55,906 bases of DNA from Leptolyngbyaceae cyanobacterium (GTDB lineage Bacteria; Cyanobacteriota; Cyanobacteriia; Phormidesmidales; Phormidesmidaceae), in contig JBHJHA010000024.1 of assembly GCA_050331235.1 (NCBI GenBank), forward strand, positions 1 to 55,906, in the 5' to 3' direction. Positions 1-9,950 of the stretch are shown in pieces. The notes under the pieces were generated by a model. That model was not told where the DNA came from, made no database searches, and worked only from the letters and a program-made list of their open reading frames with translations. Positions within the stretch are counted from its first letter, which is position 1. Each line of letters begins with the position of its first letter. Position numbers and translations under genes: made by a program.

Positions 1-218
1 GAGAGCGGGTTGACGAGCTACATCGAGCGGCTAAACAACACGCTGCGACAACGGGTATCGCGATTAGTGCGAAAGACGCTGTCGTTCTCCAAGAAACTAG
101 AGAATCATATGGGTGCGATTTGGATGTTCATTCACGAATACTATCGCTTGATCAGGGAGCGGCTCATTAAGTCTGCCCATCCTGCTATTTCCTCTGTCCT
201 TTACTAAATATCACTACC
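1..218 (+). mobile_element. IS1-family element, right end only (InsB C-terminus 1-207 plus terminal IR ending CACTACC)
   Basis: Translation [32 protein letters not shown] is the conserved IS1 InsB C-terminus. The element ends in CACTACC (212-218), the same terminus as the IS1 ending at 55506. Confidence 0.9.
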
Positions 219-1763
219 CCAAAACCATGCCACTAAAGCGCGCAGGAGGAGCATTTGCAGCAGTCTCAGTCCAGTTTGAGGCGGCATCGCAAAGCCGCGA
301 AATTTCAGCAACCCTAGCTGCTGTGAGACGTTATCTGCTGGATGGAGTTTATCGATACACAGCTCAGTGCGATGGGCATTGCCCGCCGCATCTCGTAAAA
401 ACAGGCTGAGTAAACGATTAACCCTAGCTGGAGCGACGGGATGCCCCGGAGTCAAGGCCAAAAACGCCAGCTCCAATTCATACAAACTGTCATGGCGAGC
501 TTCGTCTACCCGGGGCGACGGACTCGTGGGACCAATATCCTGACCGGCAAACCCATAGGACAAACTCGGATGCCGTTGCCAATAGGTGATGAAACTGCGC
601 AAGAGATCGGGTCGCCGCAGCAGTGGGCTTGCAGCTGGTGTCGCCCCGCCAATGGTGATATGAGCGCCGCCCGTACTCAGAGTTTGACCATTCGAGCGAT
701 ATCTTTCGCTCGTGAGGCCGCAGGCGATCGCCTCCTCATCTAACTGGGAGTGAATATGCACCAGAGACCTCCAACTCTCCGCCGGATAGATATTGACCTC
801 CAAAGCATCAGCATTAGGGACAATGCGAAATCCTCGAATGCCAGAATTCTGAGGCGGGCCATAGCCTCCCAGGCAAATCGGCTGATCTAGTACTTCGGCA
901 GTGGCTTCAATCGCCGTCACAATATCAGCAAAGCTGCGCACCGAAGCGATGGGGGGCAAAAACACCTGCACCGCGCCTCGCTCCATTGCCACTACCAAAG
1001 CCAAACGGATACTGTCAGTCGCCGCCGGCTTTGACACTTGCTCTGGGCGTATGGGTGGGCTAGTAAACTCCGGCAGCGCCTCCTCCAACAGCACATCAGC
1101 GGCAGTGAGCTGGTCTAGGGGCAAGCGCAGGCCCACTTCGGCATCCCCTGGCAGTAAGATCATGCCCTGTTCAAACTTTGACCAGCGGCAGCTCTGCCAT
1201 CCGAGGCTATGTACCGACCGGGTGGTCAGCAGTGGTAAAACAAAACCGACCGGTTCTTTTTCGCCTAATTCATACGCTGCCATGATGAACTCTGGCGATA
1301 TGGCCAAACAGGTGGCCAATTCCGTCGCAAAGTTCTCCGCTGATTGCCAGGAGTCTGCCGGGGTCTGCCGATCTGCTAATAGGAGATCGCCATTGCGCCA
1401 TAGCGGTTGGCCGTCGGACCGCCAAAAACAGCCTAAAGCCCAGTGAGGCAAGGCTTCCTCCGAGTACAGCTTGCCGAGGCCGTAGTGACGCAGAGTTCCG
1501 GAATGATCCAATCGGGCTTGCAAGCGAACTAACAACTCACCGGCGATACGTCGCTTGTCATCACCTAGCGCTTGAGACTGCCACTGCGGATTTGTTTGAC
1601 TTGGGGCCAAAACGTAGGTCGGTTTGCCCCCCATCGTGAGCCCGACCTTGGCCTGCATGAGCGTCCGATCAATTTGCTGGCCCAAAGCATCGATCGCCGT
1701 CCACTGAGAGGGCGAAAACGGCGGCACGGTCACAGCTTGAGGAAGAGAGGGTGGCAATTTCAA
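219..1763 (-). pseudogene. DUF2126 (transglutaminase-associated putative amidoligase) protein, 3'-truncated by IS1
   Basis: Motifs LTMGGxPTYV, LRHYGLGKLY..E.LP.WAL, SPLLRRPDLLRS, HPSLSY.F, GPTS..PRVDEAR, GNAHRTELCIDKL. The frame enters the IS right after LLRALVAWFW and stops at 204 inside it. Confidence 0.8.
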
Positions 1764-1842
1764 CAGGTTTCGATAGGATGTCAGAGCTATCCTATTGCAG
1801 CGTTGAGGGTAACGCGCTTAATTTTTCTGGACTTTTAGGATT

Positions 1843-2787
1843 GTGCTGCCGTCAAAACCCAAAGCCCCCCGCAATCGTACCTTGACGCTTGCACCCACGG
1901 AGTTGACACTTTACGGCCAGCGGCTCAGACAGCTCAATCACGCCACGTCGCTGGCGATGGTGCAGGACTCTACAATTCATCAGACCTGTCTTGATGCGAT
2001 CGCTCACCTCCCAACGGCCTGCGTTGATCTCCTAATTCTCGACCCACCATACAATCTCCGCAAAGATTTCCATGGACGGCAATTTAATCGGCGATCGCCT
2101 GCTGACTATATCACCTGGTGTGAGTCTTGGCTGGTACCTCTCAAGCGGCTGCTGAAACCCACAGCTACAGTATATGTCTGTGCTGACTGGCAGTCTTCGG
2201 CAGTCATCTACCCCCTCTTGTCAGAGCACTTTACGGTACGCAACCGCATTACCTGGGAACGCGAAAAGGGTCGCGGTGCTAAGTCAAATTGGAAAAATGC
2301 TTCTGAGGATATCTGGTTTTGCACCGTCTCCGACCGATACACGTTTAACGTTGAGGCGGTCAAACTCAAGCGCCGAGTGCTTGCCCCCTATCGCGATCGC
2401 CACGGCCACCCCAAAGACTGGCAGGACAGCCAGCAAGGGCGCTTTCGTCTGACCCATCCCTCAAATCTGTGGACCGATATCTCAGTCCCATTTTGGTCGA
2501 TGCCAGAAAATACTGATCACCCCACCCAAAAACCAGAGAAGCTGATCGCCAAGTTAATACTTGCGAGTAGTCGGACAGGGGCTATGGTTCTCGATCCGTT
2601 TTTAGGTTCGGGGACCACCTCCGTCGTCGCCAAAAAGCTTGATCGTCACTACATTGGCATTGAGATTAACCAAGACTACTGCTGCTTAGCGGAAAAACGA
2701 CTCGAGATGGTTGATCGCGATCGCCGCATTCAAGGCTATGCCGACGGCTATTTTTGGGAACGCAATTCTACCCCGCGACCAGAATAA
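1843..2787 (+). CDS. Orphan beta-class amino (N6A/N4C) DNA methyltransferase, YhdJ-like
   Basis: DPPY motif precedes HPTQKP and the LDPFLGSGTT SAM-binding motif (beta order). No adjacent endonuclease. Confidence 0.9.
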   Translation: MLPSKPKAPRNRTLTLAPTELTLYGQRLRQLNHATSLAMVQDSTIHQTCLDAIAHLPTACVDLLILDPPYNLRKDFHGRQFNRRSPADYITWCESWLVPLKRLLKPTATVYVCADWQSSAVIYPLLSEHFTVRNRITWEREKGRGAKSNWKNASEDIWFCTVSDRYTFNVEAVKLKRRVLAPYRDRHGHPKDWQDSQQGRFRLTHPSNLWTDISVPFWSMPENTDHPTQKPEKLIAKLILASSRTGAMVLDPFLGSGTTSVVAKKLDRHYIGIEINQDYCCLAEKRLEMVDRDRRIQGYADGYFWERNSTPRPE

Positions 2788-3140
2788 ATCGGCAAATCAT
2801 TTCCAAATATTGAAACTTTGACCGTTTTCAGGAATCGGCCTCGATCATTTGGGTTTACTTAGAAATGGCACCCCTGTCCCCGGGCAGGCAGCAGCTTCTC
2901 TGCACAGACTCTTATCCCAAAGATAGTCAAGACGGCAGACACCATCGGCGGGGTCAGCATCTGCCCTTGAACAGACGGGAGCAAAGTCAAGGGAAGCTTC
3001 AACCCGAGGCAATCCCCTGTGTATCCCCCCGTCACTCACTGGCGGGACCGCTGGTCGGCTCAATTCACTTGCCAGGAGTAGCACGTCCAATGATCATTGT
3101 TGCCAGATAGTTTTGCGAGTTTTTGTGAGGTGAGGCCAAC

Positions 3141-3554
3141 ATGCGAATGCTGAAAAAGTTTGCAGCGGGTCTATTACTGCTGTGGGGGCTACCTCTCAGC
3201 ATTTGGGCTGTGGCTGATTCTTTCAATCCTGAAACTTCTCAGGAAGATAAAGAAGGGGCGATCGCCGCCCTCATCTTTTTTGGCTTACCGCCTATCGCCA
3301 TCAGCGGCCTGTTGATTCACCACCTCAACCAGCAGCATCAAGCTTCACAGAGCCGTAGCCAGCGTGAACTCGAACAGCTCTTTCTGGCCGAATTACAGGC
3401 TAACAACGGCACCATCAATCCAATCATCTTTGCCACTAAGGCCGATATCTCCTTAGACGATTGCAAGGCCTATCTCGACACTAAAGCCAGACAGCTCAAC
3501 GGATTATATGAGGCCACTGACACCGGTGGCATTCTCTACCGCTTCCCACTTTAA
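3141..3554 (+). CDS. Hypothetical membrane protein (2 TM helices plus small C-terminal domain)
   Basis: GAGG RBS upstream and two hydrophobic segments. Confidence 0.75.
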   Translation: MRMLKKFAAGLLLLWGLPLSIWAVADSFNPETSQEDKEGAIAALIFFGLPPIAISGLLIHHLNQQHQASQSRSQRELEQLFLAELQANNGTINPIIFATKADISLDDCKAYLDTKARQLNGLYEATDTGGILYRFPL

Positions 3555-3920
3555 GCGCGGTCGTGGAGAGAGATGGCACAGCGTTTGCCGCACACTAGAA
3601 TTGACCAAAATCATGAGCTGTTGAAACTTGCTGGCAACAGATTGTGACCTTACCGCAGTCCAGAGTCTTGGCTTCGTTGAGCTAAGGCCACTGCCAACGA
3701 GTCGCAATTCCGCAAATATCGACGACTCAGACGAGGTAAAGCGGCGCGGGAACCGCTCCAACAGGGACCGCTAGATACGGCGAATCGCAAGCTCTCAGCC
3801 GTCCCAGGCTTCAGCTTCATCAATAAACCTCGAGGCAGCACTCATCAAACGCCCTCCAGCAGTCGGGACGGCGGAGGTCACGAGTGCTCCATCAGGGCAA
3901 ATGATAGCTCGCGCCTTTTT

Positions 3921-3939
3921 ATTGAAAATAGATTGCAAC
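3921..3939. promoter_or_regulatory. Putative Fur-type box ATTGAAAATAGATTGCAAC
   Basis: AT-rich imperfect inverted repeat, similar to the three boxes between dps and fur, upstream of the iron-associated gene pair. Confidence 0.55.
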
Positions 3940-3965
3940 AAATTCCGATTAGGGTTACCTTATTG

Positions 3966-3982
3966 TTAATGAAAGTCATTAA
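3966..3982. promoter_or_regulatory. Perfect 7-3-7 inverted repeat TTAATGA-AAG-TCATTAA, putative operator
   Basis: Seen directly, about 190 bp upstream of the CDS at 4167. Confidence 0.45.
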
Positions 3983-4166
3983 GCCCAGCCTTTATCACTA
4001 TCAACATTCCCGAGTCGTCTCTGAGAGCTTTGCCAGTCTAAGGATTCAGTCATCGGAGTAGCGATCGCCTCAATCCTTGAGCAGCCCGCAGTCGGTTTTT
4101 ATTTAGAACAAATTTCACTAAAGCTTTTATCCAGTTACTTTTTCATTTCCACCGCTAGTTACACGA

Positions 4167-4415
4167 ATGAATACCCAAGTACCAGAGCAAAAATTCACGA
4201 TGGAGTTGGACACGTGCGATCGTTGGAGCGTCTTCCAGCGTTTGCAGGAGCTCTCCATTCCCTGTCAATGTGCCTATGGTCAACCGCTGCAGGTTGAGGC
4301 GACAACCCCCACCGCAGTCATGCAAATCTGGAGCGTCGCCCAGCATTGGACTCGTCCTCTAGAGGCCACAGTCGCCATGCTAGAAAACTGTTTGAAACGG
4401 TCGGTGAAATCATGA
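4167..4415 (+). CDS. Asr1405/Asl0597-family small cyanobacterial protein
   Basis: DRWSVFQRLQELSIPCQC...QPLQV...AVMQIWSV pattern. ATGA overlap with the next gene. Confidence 0.8.
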   Translation: MNTQVPEQKFTMELDTCDRWSVFQRLQELSIPCQCAYGQPLQVEATTPTAVMQIWSVAQHWTRPLEATVAMLENCLKRSVKS

Positions 4416-5023
4416 ATCTATCCCACGACATTGAGCGAGTTGCCCAGGCCAACGTGCAAAGGTCCCAGGGAATTGTGCTGAAAGGTCAATTCAGTGATGT
4501 CTTGCGATCGCCCAAGGGCAAGATCAAAGGCATCTACCTGCACACGGGTGAACAGGTACTTGCCATTAAACTCCCTAAATACTTACGCCCGGTGCTCGTG
4601 CGAGAACTAGCGCCCAAAGCATTTGTGCAGGTGTGGGCTTATCGTGAAGAAAACCAGTGGCGCGGCATCAATATCTTGCCGCTATCAGATCCTGAAACGC
4701 TAGCCTTGCAGGCGTCTTGGCCGGGTATTGGGGCAAGTGAGCCTGCGGTTCCTGCTGCCACTTCTAGCCAATCACCCTCGCCCCAACTACGCGTACAGGT
4801 CTGCCGCAAAGGAAAATGCTTTAAGCAGGGGGGCTGTCAAATCCTGCGTTCCTTAGAAACAGCGATCGCCACGGATCCTAATTTGCAGCATGTAGCCGTC
4901 GAAGGGGTGGGCTGTATGAAAGCGTGCAAAAAAGGGCCTAATCTAAAACTATCTAATTCCCCTAAAGTTTTTAGCGGCCTAACACCTGAAAAAGCGATAG
5001 CAGTCGTCTCGCAACAGGTCTGA
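4412..5023 (+). CDS. Thioredoxin-like [2Fe-2S] ferredoxin-domain protein
   Basis: CRKGKC ... GCMKACKKGP cysteine pattern. ATG at 4412 is coupled to the upstream stop. Confidence 0.8.
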   Translation: MNLSHDIERVAQANVQRSQGIVLKGQFSDVLRSPKGKIKGIYLHTGEQVLAIKLPKYLRPVLVRELAPKAFVQVWAYREENQWRGINILPLSDPETLALQASWPGIGASEPAVPAATSSQSPSPQLRVQVCRKGKCFKQGGCQILRSLETAIATDPNLQHVAVEGVGCMKACKKGPNLKLSNSPKVFSGLTPEKAIAVVSQQV

Positions 5024-5162
5024 TGGCAGAAGAGTTTAACCCTCACAACCTGGGGCATTGGCTCCTCATCGGGGCTTACTTATGCCTGTCGATATGGATT
5101 CTTCAAAAAGTTTACTGGAGTTAGCATCCCATGCACTTGCCCCATCAACTCTCCACAACACA

Positions 5163-5200
5163 AATCCCGCACCCCCCTTGATCAAGCAGCATGCGGGATT
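5163..5200. terminator. Stem-loop between convergent ferredoxin-domain gene and dps
   Basis: AATCCCGCA...TGCGGGATT inverted repeat. Confidence 0.5.
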
Positions 5201-5219
5201 GCCTAGGGCGTTCTTATCT

Positions 5220-5756
5220 TTACCAACCGAGCTTTAGGCTGTCTGGCGTTAAAAAGTGCTCTAAGTGATAGGCTCGTTCTTCGGTTTTGAGCAAAATTTG
5301 CTCCAACAAGTAACGCGTCGCGCGATCGCCTAAGCTCTCGGCCTGTCCTGCCAACCGCCGCAGCATCTGAATGATTGTCTGCTCGGCCTTGAGATCATGC
5401 TCAATCATCAAGCGGCAGCGAAATGCATCGCTCTCTTCTGGTACAAAGCAACAGAGCTCTGACAACCTATTGAAGCCAGCGACAGGCACTCCCCCTAAAC
5501 CATGGAGGCGCTCACCAACTTCATGGGCATGCTCTTGAACCTCCTCGTAGCTTTCAGAAAAGTAGTTATGCAGCATGTAATATTCCGAACCTTCGACCAC
5601 AAAGTGATGCTTTTGATACTGCAAATAAAGCCCCATAAAGCTGGCATAGGCGATACTCAGCCCTTCCACGACGGGTTCAGTAATTGTTTTTTCCAGCAGG
5701 ACAGCGTTATCAACAACTTCCCCGAAACTCTGAATCTTGGTTTCAGTAATTGGCAT
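5220..5756 (-). CDS. dps: Dps family ferritin-like DNA-protection protein
   Basis: [11 protein letters not shown]...LH..F...YEE...H.HE.GERL.GLGGVP motif. Likely start is ATG at 5756. Confidence 0.93.
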   Translation of the reverse strand: MPITETKIQSFGEVVDNAVLLEKTITEPVVEGLSIAYASFMGLYLQYQKHHFVVEGSEYYMLHNYFSESYEEVQEHAHEVGERLHGLGGVPVAGFNRLSELCCFVPEESDAFRCRLMIEHDLKAEQTIIQMLRRLAGQAESLGDRATRYLLEQILLKTEERAYHLEHFLTPDSLKLGW

Positions 5757-5860
5757 ATCGGTTTCCTCTGCTCGATTGCAAGCGCTCGACTCCATAGCAA
5801 ACTGTTCATTTACTATTTGAAACTTTTTTATATTAACGCCATTTCTTCAATTACTCATCT

Positions 5861-5968
5861 ATTGAAAATTGGTTTCGTTTAAGTCGATGCCCCCCAGAAG
5901 TCATTGTTTTAATATCGAAAACTACTTTCAATAAGTCTCTTGAATTCGTACCGAAAACAGTTCTCATT
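5861..5968. promoter_or_regulatory. Three 19-bp Fur-type boxes in the divergent dps/fur promoter
   Basis: ATTGAAAATTGGTTTCGTT (5861-5879), ATCGAAAACTACTTTCAAT (5914-5932), ACCGAAAACAGTTCTCATT (5950-5968). Confidence 0.6.
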
Positions 5969-5980
5969 AGGCTGCCTGCC

Positions 5981-6493
5981 ATGAATCCCCAAAAATCGAT
6001 CAACCCAAGTATTTTCAAACATAGCGGCAGCCCTCAAACCGATGTGCTAAAAGAGTTGTTAAATCAGGAAGGTTTCCGCATCACTCAACAGCGCCAGAAA
6101 ATTTTGAATGTCTTAAAAGAAGTGCCCGAAGGCGAACATATGAGTGCTGAAGAAGTCCACCAGCAGCTGACAGCAATGGGGGAAAACATTGGCGTTTCAA
6201 CGATTTATCGGGCCTTACATTTACTGGTAGATCTGGGCCTGTTGAGGGAATTGACGTTGTCTGAGGAAAGGAAATTTTATGAGTTTTGCGATCCTGCGGT
6301 TAGTGATCATCACCACCTAGTATGTGCACAATGTGGGGCCGTTCAAGAGTTTGAAGATAATACTATTTTGGCTTTAGGTCACAACGAAGCAACTGGCCGA
6401 GGATTTTCGTTGCTAGATTGTCAATTCACAGTATTAGGGGTCTGTGAAGATTGCAGAAAACCTGGAGAATATAGCCAGGGAAACGACCAATAA
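5981..6493 (+). CDS. Fur-family transcriptional regulator
   Basis: GFRITQQR, HMSAEEV, STIYRAL, HHHLVCxxCG and a C-terminal CxxC. Confidence 0.93.
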   Translation: MNPQKSINPSIFKHSGSPQTDVLKELLNQEGFRITQQRQKILNVLKEVPEGEHMSAEEVHQQLTAMGENIGVSTIYRALHLLVDLGLLRELTLSEERKFYEFCDPAVSDHHHLVCAQCGAVQEFEDNTILALGHNEATGRGFSLLDCQFTVLGVCEDCRKPGEYSQGNDQ

Positions 6494-7007
6494 AGTCTCG
6501 TTTTAATATTTTCAGCCTCTCTAAACATCTCGAATATCCTATCGCTAGGGCGAGCAAGGGTGAGACGCATTCTTTTTCAGCTGAGCCGATATTTGGGCAG
6601 CTCAGGTTATCGCTGCTGTCGATATCGTTGAACAATGTAGGCTGTGATGATAGGCAGAGGGCAAGCCGAACCGAGGGCCACCCTTTCAAATCAGTGTTGC
6701 CTTAGGCCTTTCCCTATCGGGAAATTCAGTGCATTAGGTTAGATTGCAAACAGTCTTTCTGTCTCTGGCAAGGCAAGTTGAGCCATGAGATCGCGCGACT
6801 TTCATGCGTTGGATCGCCTGTGATAAGGCCCTTGCCGATATCGTACATCCAGTAACTCTCTCCCCTTTGCCATAGTCCTAAACAAAGCCAGCCGGACCGA
6901 AAGCGGTGTTCTGCCGCCTCGTCAGGGGTTGCGAGTTCTCAAGTCCCGTGCCTGCTCATCACGATGGCAACAACTGTCGATTGTCATGCAAAACCACTCC
7001 ATATGGT

Positions 7008-8102
7008 CTATAGCCGGTGTCTTAGCTCCAGTTCAAATTCTGTTTGCTCTGTTGGCGAACCGGCGATCAAAACTCCAATTTTACCGACTTGAATAGTGCC
7101 CCAGTTGATAACGATAACGCCTTTGCCCGTCGCAGCATCATAGGCCAGGTCTTTCAGATCTAGATCTTTGAGGGATTGCAATTCAGTAGAAAAGTCAACA
7201 TTGCTCCAGGCAGGAATATGCAGCCGCTTAGCCACCAAGGTCGGATAGGAAGACCCGTTGAAGCGAGGATTACACTCGATCGCAACATACCGGACACCCG
7301 AGGCCTCTGATACCACGGCAACATCGACGGCAAAAATATCTTGCATGCCGCGATCGCTCATCCAATCGGCAAAGGCCGCCACTTTTTCCCATGGTTCATG
7401 GCTGGCAGGGTAGCGATTGCCCTTATGCCTGCAGCCTTCCAGAATCTGCTCTGAGACTAAGAGCGGTTGGGCCACACCATCCACGATTTGATACTGGAGA
7501 TTCAAAAATGTGGAAGCTTGCACCTCTGCCTGGATCTGCAGCTGTGCATCTGGATCAAGTTGCGCCCAAGCAGCATCTAAAGCCGAGGCATCAGCACAAC
7601 GAACAATACCCACTCCATGGTCAGAGACAGCCGGTTTAACAAAGCAGGGAAACATGACCTCGTCCGAAGCTTGGGCAGCGGCAAGGTTTTTAAAGCGCAG
7701 CGTCTTGGGGACTGGGATCCCTAACTCTTCTGACAGTTGAATGAAATTATTCTTCGAATTAACAAACTCCACAAGCTGTCGGCGATCGCGATTCCACTGG
7801 TCAAACAGTTGACGATAGGTTTCTTGAGGATTGATAACGTCACCGAAGAAATACACACTGATGCCATGGTCTGGAAATTGGTCAATGACCTCAAAGGAAA
7901 CATCCCAAATAACGTTGTGGGAATGCTTGAGGCCGACCTGATCATAGTGAGTTGCGATCGCATCCCAGTCATTCGCCAGTTCCTGCGCCAGCTGAATGGT
8001 GTCTTCCGGCATTGTGGCCCCCAAAGCCCGCCCCGAATAAAGCTCAATTCCAGGAGAATGATCATGGGTATAAAGCGTAATATCGTGGTTAAAAATCTTC
8101 AT
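7008..8102 (-). CDS. ATP-grasp domain protein (putative amide ligase, substrate unknown)
   Basis: SKNNF...LGIPVP, FPCFVKPAVSDHGVGI, IQAEV, FAVDV, IECNPRFNGS. Confidence 0.85.
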   Translation of the reverse strand: MKIFNHDITLYTHDHSPGIELYSGRALGATMPEDTIQLAQELANDWDAIATHYDQVGLKHSHNVIWDVSFEVIDQFPDHGISVYFFGDVINPQETYRQLFDQWNRDRRQLVEFVNSKNNFIQLSEELGIPVPKTLRFKNLAAAQASDEVMFPCFVKPAVSDHGVGIVRCADASALDAAWAQLDPDAQLQIQAEVQASTFLNLQYQIVDGVAQPLLVSEQILEGCRHKGNRYPASHEPWEKVAAFADWMSDRGMQDIFAVDVAVVSEASGVRYVAIECNPRFNGSSYPTLVAKRLHIPAWSNVDFSTELQSLKDLDLKDLAYDAATGKGVIVINWGTIQVGKIGVLIAGSPTEQTEFELELRHRL

Positions 8103-8299
8103 GAATTAGACGCCACCAACCGAGTAACAATTCTTCTAAAAGGCTAGAAATTAGTGACAACAAGATAGGCGAGAATCTCCGAAAAAACAATCAACTTCAA
8201 GACTTATTTTCAGCCAGATGTCTTGAGAGTTGACGTCAAAGCGGACGAACAGAAATGCGGCAAGGCTCGCTCTTTTGTTATAAATTCATGACAAAATTC

Positions 8300-8330
8300 A
8301 GCCCTATGGAATATTTCCTTCCATAGGGCT
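8300..8330. terminator. 12-bp perfect stem-loop downstream of the XRE gene
   Basis: AGCCCTATGGAA-N7-TTCCATAGGGCT. Confidence 0.6.
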
Positions 8331-8374
8331 AATTAGTAAAGACTTTACAGAATTGGTCAGCGAAGCATGTTAAC

Positions 8375-8656
8375 TTACTTGCTCACCGATATCCGCACAA
8401 CTCTTCCGCTCAGTGCGAGCAATTGAATCAATTGCTCAATGCTAAAACGGCTGACTTCGCCATTCATGAGATTCTGCATTCTCGGGAGAGTTTGCTTTAG
8501 GGCCTTGGCAGCGTCCTGTGGAGTCCAGCCGCGTTGTGCAATGGCCTCTTGCAGAGAAAGCATCAACGCAGTGCGAATCTGCAGCGTTTCTGATTCAGGA
8601 ACCACGCAGTGAGACAAGGCTGATTGACTACAAACGGCAGTGTCGAGAGTAACCAT
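8375..8656 (-). CDS. XRE/HTH_37-type (HigA-like) DNA-binding protein, no toxin partner adjacent
   Basis: ALM..L...I..RGWT...AA..L..T.PR..NL.NG....FS.EQL..LL pattern. Confidence 0.8.
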   Translation of the reverse strand: MVTLDTAVCSQSALSHCVVPESETLQIRTALMLSLQEAIAQRGWTPQDAAKALKQTLPRMQNLMNGEVSRFSIEQLIQLLALSGRVVRISVSK

Positions 8657-8753
8657 GACAGTGTTGTGTAAAGGGTGATTTGCGCTTTAGCGCATATATA
8701 TTTTAAGTGTGGTAACTTCAAATACTTCCTTCCTGCATTTTTTATTAATGATC

Positions 8754-9683
8754 ATGCCTGACAATTTTTCTTTAATGATTCACGGTGGCTGCGGAGCATT
8801 AGAACATATTCGTCGGGAAGGCAGCGAATCGGATTTTAGAAACAGCTTGCGCCATATTCTTGAAGGAGGTAGACAAATCTTGTCGGGCGGTGGTACGGCC
8901 CTTGACGCTGTCGAATATTGTGCGATCACCCTCGAGAATGATCCCCTTTACAACGCTGGCCATGGCTCAGTTTTAAACGAGTACGGCGAGGTCGAAATGG
9001 ACGCCGCCATCATGTACGGTCAGGGCCTTGAAGCCGGAGCCGTAGCCGGCATTACCAATATTAAAAATCCCATCACCCTGGCACGCCGCGTTTTAGAAAA
9101 GAGTGAGCATGTCATGCTCATTGGCAAAGGGGCACGGGAGTTTGCCAACCTGTGGAACATTGAGGTCATGACCGATGACTACTTTGTGACTGACTCTCGC
9201 ATTCGCCAATGGCGAGAGGCGCAAAAAGCCGGCGGCATGATGCTCGACCATGAAGAGGCAGAACCCCAGCAAAAATTAGGGACCATTGGCGCAGTCGCCC
9301 GTGACCAACAGGGTAATCTGGCAGCAGCTACCTCCACCGGCGGCATTGTCAACAAACGCTGGGGGCGCGTGGGCGATAGTCCTATCATCGGCGCTGGAGT
9401 CTTTGCAGACAATACGACCTGCGCAGTCTCTGCTACCGGCTATGGTGAGCAGTTTCAGCGTACGGTCTTGAGCAAGACCATCTCCGACTTCATCTATTTC
9501 AAAGGGATGGATGCGGCGGCGGCGGCGAACGCTGGCATTGGCTACTTAGTCGAACGGGTCAAAGGGCTGGGCGGCGTTATTGTAATTGATGCCCAAGGTC
9601 GCTGTGGTAAGAGCCATTCCACCACGGGGCTGATTTGCGGCTACATCGAGCAGGGGGGCGACAGTGTTTGCAGCTTGTTCTGA
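8754..9683 (+). CDS. iaaA: Isoaspartyl peptidase / plant-type L-asparaginase (Ntn hydrolase)
   Basis: IHGGCG, NAGHGS, EMDAAIM, autoprocessing G|TIGAVA, AATSTGG, GRVGDSP, SATGYGE. Start could instead be 8748. Confidence 0.92.
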   Translation: MPDNFSLMIHGGCGALEHIRREGSESDFRNSLRHILEGGRQILSGGGTALDAVEYCAITLENDPLYNAGHGSVLNEYGEVEMDAAIMYGQGLEAGAVAGITNIKNPITLARRVLEKSEHVMLIGKGAREFANLWNIEVMTDDYFVTDSRIRQWREAQKAGGMMLDHEEAEPQQKLGTIGAVARDQQGNLAAATSTGGIVNKRWGRVGDSPIIGAGVFADNTTCAVSATGYGEQFQRTVLSKTISDFIYFKGMDAAAAANAGIGYLVERVKGLGGVIVIDAQGRCGKSHSTTGLICGYIEQGGDSVCSLF

Positions 9684-9950
9684 TCCCTTTAAGGCAACGA
9701 ACCTCAGTCGCAACAGGATATCGACCATGGCCTATCCACACGACTGGAGCCTAGGAGTGGCACTGGCAGAAGCGGAGGAACAGGATCCTCCTGAAACCAC
9801 CACGACACGGTGGAATGTGCCTCTAGGATCGGGGTTATCGCCGGAATGGTCTAGGAACTTCCGCTAATCTCCTCACGAAGCGACGCAATGGGGGATGATG
9901 GATTTTGACAGTTTGTCTTGTCCTGCCCCATCTTTTGCGATCGCCTCTGA

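Noticed and set aside
2845..3841. Short ORFs 2845-3090, 2865-3110, 3504-3761, 3650-3841
   Set aside because: No recognisable motifs or RBS, and they overlap each other; likely spurious.
8102..8753. Complete HigBA toxin-antitoxin pair
   Set aside because: No toxin ORF on either side of the XRE gene.
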